DNA from: Chlamydiales bacterium
GTDB taxonomy: Bacteria > Chlamydiota > Chlamydiia > Chlamydiales > SM23-39
Direction: 5' to 3'
DNA: 35,683 bases
Assembly: GCA_035447625.1 (NCBI GenBank)
Contig: DAOTHK010000001.1
Coordinates: forward strand, 1-35,683
The notes beneath the pieces are model-generated. The model saw nothing but the letters and a program-made list of their open reading frames with translations. It was not told where the DNA came from and ran no database searches. Positions within the stretch are counted from its first letter, which is position 1. Each line of letters starts with the position of its first letter. Made by a program: the position numbers and the translations under genes. Positions 1-7,393 of the stretch are shown here, piece after piece.

Positions 1-112
1 CTATTTAAGCAGGATACCCCTTATTTTGAATCGTAAAATACTTGTGCAATTATTGCAAATATTTCATGTATTTAATTGGTTATAATTTTTTCGTTTTTAA
101 AAAATAAAAAAA

Positions 113-1627
113 TCAAAAAATTCGCTTAATGCAAACAATCGATTTATAATCGATATCCGCTTTATCGATGATTTTTTTTGTTTGAATCATCGGCGAAAAA
201 AATAGATTATCCGAAATAAGGTTTTTTAAGGTAGTAGCATTCTTTTCTTTAATTAAATTATTTCCTAATAAGAAGAATTGATCTTCGCTCTTAAAAGAAA
301 TATTGTTGATATCAAAAACTAATTCGTTACTATCTCCAAAGCTTGAATTAGATAATTTGATTTCTGTTATTTTTTCATTCGATACAAGAAAAAATAGATT
401 CTCGCCACTTGCTGAAAAAGAAAGAGTTTCTTCTTTTGGATTGTATAAGGCGATTGTTATTTTAAATGTTTTGGGATAATTAAAGTGTTTGAAAACGTCA
501 TGAATACTATTTAATAATTGATCGATTTCTAAATGCTTTGATTTTTGTTCATGTAAAAGAGCGTGAAGAACTCCTTTAAATGTTGAAATATGAATCATTT
601 CCTGTGGTGAATTGCTGTCGGTATAAGCGTGTAGGATTAAATAAGTGTTATCAAGACGATGAATAAAGTCCAAATAAACATTTAAAGGATTTTGGAAAGA
701 TTTGGCAAAACCGATATCCAAAATATTCCATTTTGGTGGAGTTAGGGGATAAAGAGAGTTGGCTTCTTTTTCAAAATCACAAAGGATCTGACTTTGCATC
801 GAAGTTTGTTTGGATTGTTCATGAAATTTTAAATATTCGGAAATATCTGTGATAAAATCTACGATATTTTGGTAGCGTTTTTTTTGGTTGGGTTCGGTTG
901 CTTTTTTGATGATTTTTTTGATCTGCTTGTCAAGTAGTTCTAAATGGATTTGTCCATGTGAAAGTTTTCCTGTTAAAAGTTCGTAGGTAATGATGCCAAG
1001 AGAATAAATATCGGATGCAAAACTTACTTGTTTCGGATCTTTTTTTTGTTCTGGACTCATATAGCTTGGAGTTCCCATCATGCGGGGGGTGATTTCGGGT
1101 TCTCCAATTAGTTGTGCAATACCGAAATCGATGACTTTAATATCACCACTTTCCGTGATGAGGATATTTTCAGGTTTTAGATCTCTATGAATAATTTGGT
1201 GGCTATGCAAATGGCTTAAGGCGTATGCAACTTGAATAATGATTTGAAGAGCTTTTGTTTCGCAAAGAGTTTTTTGATGAATGAATTGGTGCAAAGAAAT
1301 TCCTTGTATGAATTCCATTGCAATGTAAAGACCTTTTTCCCAATTACCTTGTCCGAGTAATTTGATGATGTTGGGATGAGTTGAAAGGGAGATGATTTTA
1401 GCTTCTTTTAAAAATCTACTTGCGACATCTTTATTTTTGATGAATTTAGGGGATAGAATTTTGACGATAATAGGTTTTTGGGTTGTTGGATCTTTTGCAA
1501 GATATAAAAGGCTCATGCCTCCTTTTTTAAAAAGGCTTTCAATTTTATAAGGACCAACAAAATCCGGAAGAAATTTTATGTCATTGTTTCTTGCGGTTGG
1601 AATTGTTCTTTGTTCGGGTTCTTTCAT
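113..1627 (-). CDS. pkn5: Eukaryote-like Ser/Thr protein kinase (Pkn5-type) with a C-terminal non-kinase domain
   Basis: 504-aa ORF. Hanks kinase motifs are visible in the N-terminal half: G-loop-like KKGGMSLLY, VAIK-type IIVKIL, HRDLKPENILI, DFGIA, GTPSYMSPEQ. It lies 8 nt downstream of sctQ, where pkn5 sits in the Chlamydiaceae T3SS cluster. Confidence 0.85.
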   Translation of the reverse strand: MKEPEQRTIPTARNNDIKFLPDFVGPYKIESLFKKGGMSLLYLAKDPTTQKPIIVKILSPKFIKNKDVASRFLKEAKIISLSTHPNIIKLLGQGNWEKGLYIAMEFIQGISLHQFIHQKTLCETKALQIIIQVAYALSHLHSHQIIHRDLKPENILITESGDIKVIDFGIAQLIGEPEITPRMMGTPSYMSPEQKKDPKQVSFASDIYSLGIITYELLTGKLSHGQIHLELLDKQIKKIIKKATEPNQKKRYQNIVDFITDISEYLKFHEQSKQTSMQSQILCDFEKEANSLYPLTPPKWNILDIGFAKSFQNPLNVYLDFIHRLDNTYLILHAYTDSNSPQEMIHISTFKGVLHALLHEQKSKHLEIDQLLNSIHDVFKHFNYPKTFKITIALYNPKEETLSFSASGENLFFLVSNEKITEIKLSNSSFGDSNELVFDINNISFKSEDQFFLLGNNLIKEKNATTLKNLISDNLFFSPMIQTKKIIDKADIDYKSIVCIKRIF

Positions 1628-1635
1628 AAAAGAGA

Positions 1636-2772
1636 TTATCCGATTTCTAAAATTCTAAGTCCGACTTGTTCATCCAATGATATTAGTTCTGCTTTAGCAA
1701 TTGTTTTACCACCGCAAGTTAAGTAAACTTGATTATTCGGTTCCATTTGAAGATCTAAAGACATTCCTGGCTGTAGAGCTAATAATTTTTCAATAGGTAT
1801 TTGAAATGAACCGAGTTCTATGTTGATAGTGAGTTCGGTTTTTTCGATTGGAATAGGTTTTTCTTCTGAAACAGTATCTTCAGATACAATGTTTGTTGTT
1901 TCATCTATTTCTTCATCGTCAAAAGGTTTGTCTATCATAGGTTCCTCTTTTTTATAATAGAGAGCATAATTCAATAATTGAATTTTATTTTTTGTGATTT
2001 TGCCTTCAATAAGTGGAGTATGATCCGTCATAAGAACTACTTGATGCAAGTTTTTAAACGGATTATAAACCAATTTATCAGGAAGAATCAAATCGCCATG
2101 CTTAATTTTTTTCCATTCTGTTAAAGAAAGTGAGATGGATCCTGCATGCATAATCATTGGAACTGAGATATTTTTTGAAAGGGCTTCAAAATAGGGAGAG
2201 GGGTCGTTTTTAAAATGATTGGAATAATCTTGAAGAAGGTTGGGAGATATTGCCAGAGTTGAATAGATTGTTTGGGATTGCATATGAAATCCTATTTGAT
2301 AACAATAAAGCTTTTCATATTCGCTCTCATCTGTTTCTTCTACTTGAATTGCAAGATTTTTGAATTGAGGTGTTTTGTTTAGGTAGGCAATGGCTTCTTT
2401 TTGTAAAAATTCAAAAAAGGCATGGGTGAAAGGAGTTTTTTCAATCAGACTTTCTTCTGAATTGAAAAAGCCATACATGGCAAGTGATGAAAGATCTTCT
2501 TGTTTGATAGACCAAAAGGCATTTCCTGATAAGGGACTTAAGGAAAATTTGGCGATATGGTCATCGGGATCGATGACTTTTGCAGAATCTTTTAAAGAAA
2601 CTTTTGAAACGCTGATATCAATTTTTTTTTCGTCGAAAAGATCAAATAAAAATGTAGCCATTTCTTCCCAATTAAATTTGGGAGGAATGTGCATTAAAGG
2701 AGAAGAGGATAAAACTGACTTTTTTATCGCTTCTATCCATCCAATAGGTTGTTTGTGTTCTAAATGAGTCAT
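1636..2772 (-). CDS. sctQ: T3SS cytoplasmic sorting-platform/C-ring protein SctQ (CdsQ)
   Basis: 378-aa ORF. The C-terminus is a FliN/SpoA-type domain (LTINIELGSFQIPIEKLLALQPGMSLDL...GGKTIAKAELISLDEQVGLRILEIG). It lies between sctP and pkn5. Confidence 0.85.
   Translation of the reverse strand: MTHLEHKQPIGWIEAIKKSVLSSSPLMHIPPKFNWEEMATFLFDLFDEKKIDISVSKVSLKDSAKVIDPDDHIAKFSLSPLSGNAFWSIKQEDLSSLAMYGFFNSEESLIEKTPFTHAFFEFLQKEAIAYLNKTPQFKNLAIQVEETDESEYEKLYCYQIGFHMQSQTIYSTLAISPNLLQDYSNHFKNDPSPYFEALSKNISVPMIMHAGSISLSLTEWKKIKHGDLILPDKLVYNPFKNLHQVVLMTDHTPLIEGKITKNKIQLLNYALYYKKEEPMIDKPFDDEEIDETTNIVSEDTVSEEKPIPIEKTELTINIELGSFQIPIEKLLALQPGMSLDLQMEPNNQVYLTCGGKTIAKAELISLDEQVGLRILEIG
1936..1949 (-). promoter_or_regulatory. 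Candidate internal ribosome-binding site plus in-frame ATG inside sctQ (would give a 100-aa SpoA-only SctQ-C product)
   Basis: The minus strand reads AAGAGGAACCTATG. The ATG (1938-1936) is in frame with sctQ, exactly 100 codons before the stop, and lies just upstream of the SpoA domain. The SD-to-ATG spacing is short (4 nt after GAGGA). Confidence 0.35.
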
Positions 2773-2781
2773 GATTATTTC

Positions 2782-3975
2782 TTACTCCATTTGATCTTCA
2801 GATTCTTCTTGGGAAACAGGTTTTTTACGTTTGAAAAGAGGTCTTTCTGTTTCATAATGAGCTTCAAGTCTTCCAACGTTAAATGCAAACTTACCATTTC
2901 TAAAAGCTAAAAGCAAGCTGTCAATATTATCTCTGAAAAGGACAACAGCCTGATCGGAACCTGTCAGCTGGATGTTATAGGAATTTGGAGCCGTTGAATA
3001 TTTTGTAAAGGTTATGTGTGATTTATAAAAAATAGAGGAATTGAAGTTGGGGGAATCCAATATGATTTCTGTTCTTTCTATACCTTTTTGAGAAATATGC
3101 ATAATGGTTCCAACCATTTGAGTAAAAAGTCTTTGAATTTCTGTAGATTGAATATAAGGTTTTGCTTCAACGGCTTTGACTTGTGCATTTTCCATAACGA
3201 GTTTTGGGATATGTTGAATGAGTAAAATAGGCATTTTGGGGATATGTTTAGAATTTGGAGATTGGTCTTTTTCACGTTTTTTTAAAGCAGATTCCTTTAT
3301 TTCAGGTGCAATTAAAGGTTTTTTATCTAGATATTTTGTTTCGATAAATGATGGTGGCTGAAAGATTTTTTCTCCTTTTTTTACTTTGGAAGATTCATTA
3401 ATCTCTTTTTCAAGATCGAAAGGAGTTGCTAAAGATTTTTTTTCCAATTTTTCTTCCATCGAGACCACCATTTCATTTGAAGGTTTTTTTAAAAGGTCTT
3501 TCTCGATCTTCTTTTCTTTAACCTTTTTAAGATGATCATTTTTATGATTTTTTTGAACTTCCTCTTCCTTGGAGCTTTTTTGGTGTTCTTGAATTTTTTC
3601 ATTGGAAGAGGCTTTAGTGGTTATTTCTGCTGTCTTTTTCAATTCTTCATTGGAATAATCATTATCGGAGACTTCTCTTAGATCTTTCAAAATAGATTCC
3701 AAGTGAACATCTTCATCATCGGATTTGTTATCATATTCATAAGGTGATGCGCTCAAGGCTTTTTGATGATAATCTTTTTCTTCATCTTCTTCAGAAGCTT
3801 TTCCATGATGTTTACGTTTCTTTTCTAGCTCAACTTCTCCAACTTTCATCAGCTTTTCAAATTCTTCGGTGTCAGGAGCTTCTGAAACTCCTTTTTTCTT
3901 TTTGGGTTCTTCCGAAGGATTGATTTTTTCAACAGACATTTTATTGTCCTCTTTTTTTAGTTTGTTTTGCTGCAT
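2782..3975 (-). CDS. sctP: T3SS needle-length/substrate-switch protein SctP (CdsP)-like
   Basis: 397-aa ORF. The N-terminal two thirds are Lys/Glu-rich and low complexity. The C-terminus resembles the FliK/YscP T3S4-type domain (IERTEIILDSPNF...YNIQLTGSDQAVVLFRDNIDSLLLAFRNGKFAFNVGRLE). It lies between sctO and sctQ. The longest ORF overlaps sctO by 35 nt. Met13 (ATG at 3939) lies 1 nt past the sctO stop with GAGGA upstream, so it is the more likely start. Confidence 0.6.
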   Translation of the reverse strand: MQQNKLKKEDNKMSVEKINPSEEPKKKKGVSEAPDTEEFEKLMKVGEVELEKKRKHHGKASEEDEEKDYHQKALSASPYEYDNKSDDEDVHLESILKDLREVSDNDYSNEELKKTAEITTKASSNEKIQEHQKSSKEEEVQKNHKNDHLKKVKEKKIEKDLLKKPSNEMVVSMEEKLEKKSLATPFDLEKEINESSKVKKGEKIFQPPSFIETKYLDKKPLIAPEIKESALKKREKDQSPNSKHIPKMPILLIQHIPKLVMENAQVKAVEAKPYIQSTEIQRLFTQMVGTIMHISQKGIERTEIILDSPNFNSSIFYKSHITFTKYSTAPNSYNIQLTGSDQAVVLFRDNIDSLLLAFRNGKFAFNVGRLEAHYETERPLFKRKKPVSQEESEDQME

Positions 3976-4438
3976 GCCTTACAGAGCTGATTTCATCTTC
4001 AATCATTGCATTTTCATGTATGAGTAATTCGTTTTGTTCTTTTTTCCATTCTTCTTTATGAATTCTGAGTTTTTCCAAATCCTTTTCTTTTTGCAACACA
4101 TCTTGTCTTGCCTGTTTGACTTTTTCTGTAGCTTCCAGGACTTTTTTTTCTTGTGTTTTGACTTTTTTTTCTTTTACGGAAAGTTTCTCATCCACAATTT
4201 TCAAATAATTCTTCATTTCTTGAAGGATTTTTGTCGTTGTTTGAGAGTCTAGTTCTTCTCTAAGCTGTTGAAGTTTTTCATTTTTATGTCGTAAAACATC
4301 ATCTCTTTCGTTCTCGGTTTTTTTGAGGATTTCTTTTTCCTTTTCTAAAAGTTTTCTTTTTTCTTCCAAAGTTTTAATGGCAGTTTCAAGTCGGTTATGT
4401 TTTATTTTGATCAATTCTTCAAGAGGATATTTTTCCAT
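3941..4438 (-). CDS. sctO: T3SS stalk protein SctO (CdsO)-like coiled-coil protein
   Basis: 165-aa ORF made almost entirely of charged heptad/coiled-coil sequence. It starts 5 nt downstream of sctN, the invariant position of YscO/FliJ-type proteins. Confidence 0.6.
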   Translation of the reverse strand: MEKYPLEELIKIKHNRLETAIKTLEEKRKLLEKEKEILKKTENERDDVLRHKNEKLQQLREELDSQTTTKILQEMKNYLKIVDEKLSVKEKKVKTQEKKVLEATEKVKQARQDVLQKEKDLEKLRIHKEEWKKEQNELLIHENAMIEDEISSVRHAAKQTKKRGQ

Positions 4439-4443
4439 GGCTT

Positions 4444-5757
4444 CTAACGAAAGAGTTGTTTCAGTTTCAATAGCGTTTGTTCAAAAGTCGATTTTTCTTC
4501 CACGCCTTGCTTTAGGAATTGATTGACTTTGTCGATATATTTGATCGCAAAGTCTGCATCTTTGTCGGAGCCTGGTTTGTATTCTCCGATTCGAATTAAA
4601 AGTTCATTTTTTTTGTAGTTGGCTAAAACTTCTCGGATTTTTCCTATGATTTGGAGTTGTTCTTTTGAAACGATTGAAGGAAGGATTCGACTGATTGAAG
4701 TTAAAATATCTATGGCAGGGTAGTGGTATTGGTGGGCAAGAGTATTGGATAATACGATGTGACCGTCTAAGATGGAGCGAACTTCATCAGCAATCGGTTC
4801 ATTCATGTCATCACCTGCGACAAGCACTGTATAAAAAGCTGTGATAGATCCAATATCGGAATTTCCGGATCTTTCCAAAAGTTTTGGGAGAGTTGCAAAT
4901 ACTGAAGGAGTATATCCGGCTCTTGCAGGAGGTTCTCCGGCGGCAAGTCCTATCTCACGGATCGCTCTGGCATAACGAGTTACTGAATCCATCATTAAAA
5001 TCACTGACTTTCCTTGATCTCTGAAATATTCGGCGATAGCTGTTCCTACAATTGCAGCATTCAAACGGAGTTGTGCTGCTTGATCGGATGTAGAAACAAT
5101 AATAACAGATCGTTTTAAGCCTTCTTCTCCTAGATCTTTTTGAATGAATTCCCTAACTTCTCGACCCCTTTCTCCAATAAGTGAGATGACATTGACATCT
5201 GCGACAGCATTTCTTGCGATCATTCCTAAAAGTGTGGATTTACCTACTCCGGAACCTGCAAAAATACCGATTCTTTGACCTTCTCCGCATGTCAAAACAC
5301 CATCGATGGCTCTAACGCCAACAGAAATGGGTTTTTCAATAATTTTCCTTTTTAAAGGATCTGGAGGAGGTTGCACTGCTGGATAAGTTTCGGTAAGTTC
5401 CAAAGGACCATGCAGATCTTCATCGATAGGTTCTCCCAGACCATTTAATATTCTGCCTAAAAGCTGGTTTCCTACCTTTACGTTGAGAGGCATCCTTAAA
5501 GGAATTACTTCAGAAGAGGGGCCTATGCCTGCCATATCACCAAGAGGAGATAGCAATACTTCTTCTTTAGTAAAACCTACCACTTCGGCAAATAACGGTT
5601 CACCATCTCTTTTTATGATGCATATTTCTCCCATCTTCACTTGAGGAACTATGGCTCTAATGAGCATTCCAATAATTTCCGTTATGCGTCCATGGACGGA
5701 AGAAATTTCAAGTTCATCTAAATGTTGTATGATATCATCATAAGAGTTGTTTTCCAT
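4444..5757 (-). CDS. sctN: T3SS ATPase SctN (CdsN)
   Basis: 437-aa ORF with Walker [18 protein letters not shown], Walker [15 protein letters not shown], and an F1/FliI-type body ([19 protein letters not shown]). Confidence 0.95.
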   Translation of the reverse strand: MENNSYDDIIQHLDELEISSVHGRITEIIGMLIRAIVPQVKMGEICIIKRDGEPLFAEVVGFTKEEVLLSPLGDMAGIGPSSEVIPLRMPLNVKVGNQLLGRILNGLGEPIDEDLHGPLELTETYPAVQPPPDPLKRKIIEKPISVGVRAIDGVLTCGEGQRIGIFAGSGVGKSTLLGMIARNAVADVNVISLIGERGREVREFIQKDLGEEGLKRSVIIVSTSDQAAQLRLNAAIVGTAIAEYFRDQGKSVILMMDSVTRYARAIREIGLAAGEPPARAGYTPSVFATLPKLLERSGNSDIGSITAFYTVLVAGDDMNEPIADEVRSILDGHIVLSNTLAHQYHYPAIDILTSISRILPSIVSKEQLQIIGKIREVLANYKKNELLIRIGEYKPGSDKDADFAIKYIDKVNQFLKQGVEEKSTFEQTLLKLKQLFR

Positions 5758-5767
5758 AAGGTGATCC

Positions 5768-6409
5768 TTAAATCTGGATATTCATTACCTGTTTTAACAT
5801 ATTTACAACCTGGCTGAGCAAAATTGAAGAATATTCAATTTCTTGCTGGGCTTGCGCTAATTTGACTTGTATCATCATAAGTTTGGCAGGATTTAAAGGT
5901 TCTTTCGATTGAGCAAGCTCTGTCAGTTTTTGCTGGGTTTGTTCGATTTGCTTTTGTCCATCAGTCATATAAGTTAAAAACTTCATTACAGGAGTTGTTC
6001 CCGGCTTGATTTCGGTGCGTTGATTGGGAGTAAGTCCAATAGCTTTGGATGCTGAATCAATATGATTCAAGGCATCTGTTAGCTTTCCATCGATTAACTT
6101 GCTATAGGTGGGTTTTAGTGACAAGTTAGGTGTATTCAGATAATTATTTAATTTATCGATTGTTTGATGAGTGGTATTCATCTGTGCCAAAATTGAATCG
6201 ACAGTTGGAGAGGCTTGTTGTAGCCCTGTTTGGTTGAGATTCATTGGGCTCATTTTTTCAGTTTCTTCTGCTTGTGTTGAAGAAGGTTCTTCCATATAGG
6301 ATTGGAAGGCTTCTTCATTTACAGGAGTTTGTTCTGGAGAATGAGGCTTTATCGGCTCAACTTTTCCATATTGATTAATATCATCTGGGGGGATTGGATT
6401 TTTTCCCAT
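5768..6409 (-). CDS. T3SS-associated protein (CT668 position); C-terminal 40 aa are needle/inner-rod (SctF/SctI)-like
   Basis: 213-aa ORF between cdsG and sctN. Its last 40 aa ([40 protein letters not shown]) align without gaps to the C-terminal region of the needle protein at 6878-7135, with about 12 identities plus many conservative matches. Confidence 0.6.
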   Translation of the reverse strand: MGKNPIPPDDINQYGKVEPIKPHSPEQTPVNEEAFQSYMEEPSSTQAEETEKMSPMNLNQTGLQQASPTVDSILAQMNTTHQTIDKLNNYLNTPNLSLKPTYSKLIDGKLTDALNHIDSASKAIGLTPNQRTEIKPGTTPVMKFLTYMTDGQKQIEQTQQKLTELAQSKEPLNPAKLMMIQVKLAQAQQEIEYSSILLSQVVNMLKQVMNIQI

Positions 6410-6415
6410 AAGCTT

Positions 6416-6844
6416 TTATTTCTCTTTTTTGATTTGGGCCGGTGACGCATCTTTTTTAATTAATTTGTCAACAAAGTCCAAAGCAGTTTCTGATAATTTT
6501 TTAATCTCTTTATCATCAGATTTTTGAATCTGTGATAAGATTTGCTCACCTTGTGTTACATGATCAGGTGTAAGCGTATAGGTGATACCTAAAAAGGCTT
6601 TAGCCATTTCATTTTCAGGTTCTATTTTTAAAACTTCTTCAAATTTTTGAGCTGCTTTATCAACATGTAATAAATGAAGATATAAATATCCTTCACCAAC
6701 AATTGGTAAAACATTAGTTGGCTCTAAAAGTTTTGCTGCAGCAAATAACTTATTTGCAGATTGTTCATCCGCTTGGTTAACGGCAATGAAACCTGCCTCT
6801 AGAAAGAGAACAAAATCGTCTTTATATTCTTGAAATGAATCCAT
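6416..6844 (-). CDS. cdsG: TPR-like needle-subunit co-chaperone (CdsG/YscG-type)
   Basis: 142-aa ORF with a TPR-like helical repeat pattern (ANKLFAAAKLLEPTN...DKAAQKFEEVLKIEPENEMAKAFLGITY). It lies immediately downstream of sctF, as cdsG does in Chlamydiaceae. Confidence 0.55.
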   Translation of the reverse strand: MDSFQEYKDDFVLFLEAGFIAVNQADEQSANKLFAAAKLLEPTNVLPIVGEGYLYLHLLHVDKAAQKFEEVLKIEPENEMAKAFLGITYTLTPDHVTQGEQILSQIQKSDDKEIKKLSETALDFVDKLIKKDASPAQIKKEK

Positions 6845-6877
6845 ATTTTTTCATCCTTAATTTTTTTAATGCGCTAA

Positions 6878-7135
6878 TTATGCACTTTTTTGGTTTCTTA
6901 CAGCGTTATTTACAACGGAGTTTACCTGCGAAATTAAATTCGAAATAGTGTCTCCCACCTGCGTCACCTGGGACATTTTGAATTGTAGTAGTAAAAATTT
7001 TTGAGGGGCAACGCCTGATTTTGTACTTAAACTATTCATGTCTTTAACGAGTTGCTCTTGCAGTTCTGCATAAGCTCCAATGATTTTATTAAAGTGAAGA
7101 TCACTGATTTTATCTGGGGAAGCTGGATCTGTCAT
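6878..7135 (-). CDS. sctF: T3SS needle filament protein SctF (CdsF)
   Basis: 85-aa ORF with a helix-turn-helix layout and a needle-type C-terminus (PQKFLLLQFKMSQVTQVGDTISNLISQVNSVVNNAVRNQ). It is flanked by the two small chaperone-like genes. Confidence 0.7.
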   Translation of the reverse strand: MTDPASPDKISDLHFNKIIGAYAELQEQLVKDMNSLSTKSGVAPQKFLLLQFKMSQVTQVGDTISNLISQVNSVVNNAVRNQKSA

Positions 7136-7143
7136 AATACCTC

Positions 7144-7386
7144 TTATGCTTTTTTTACTCTTTCGACAATTTTCTTTAAGGCGGCATACGCTTCGAAAAT
7201 TGTTTCAAGTTTTTCTGTTTCTTCTTGACTTCTGCCTTCTCTAAAAGCGGTCTTGATTTCTGATTGTTTTTCTTCAATCAATTTTAAAATTTCCTGAGCT
7301 CTTTCAGGATCTTTATGGATTTCTTTTTCTAGATCGAAATCAAAATCCTTTCTTGGTTTGTCTTTTTCTAGCCCGAACATCAACAA
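7144..7386 (-). CDS. cdsE: Small helical needle-subunit co-chaperone (CdsE/YscE-type)
   Basis: 80-aa charged helical ORF between sctD and sctF, called by size and position only. Confidence 0.5.
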   Translation of the reverse strand: MLMFGLEKDKPRKDFDFDLEKEIHKDPERAQEILKLIEEKQSEIKTAFREGRSQEETEKLETIFEAYAALKKIVERVKKA

Positions 7387-7393
7387 GGCTCCT

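Noticed and set aside
1-112. 3' end of a plus-strand CDS (frame 1, stop TAA at 34-36), or the start of sctC on the minus strand
   Set aside because: Only 11 codons are visible, which is too short to support a call. No minus-strand start with an open frame runs off the left edge.
1083-1088. G6/C6 homopolymer inside pkn5 as a possible phase-variation tract
   Set aside because: The tract is short, lies in frame within the conserved kinase core (TPRMMG), and is too short to be a plausible slippage tract.
6416-6844. The TPR-like 142-aa protein as the missing class II (LcrH/SycD/Scc2-type) chaperone for the translocator-like proteins
   Set aside because: Its position directly after sctF, and its pairing with the 80-aa CdsE-like protein, fit the needle co-chaperone CdsG/YscG better. 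This cannot be fully excluded without profile searches.
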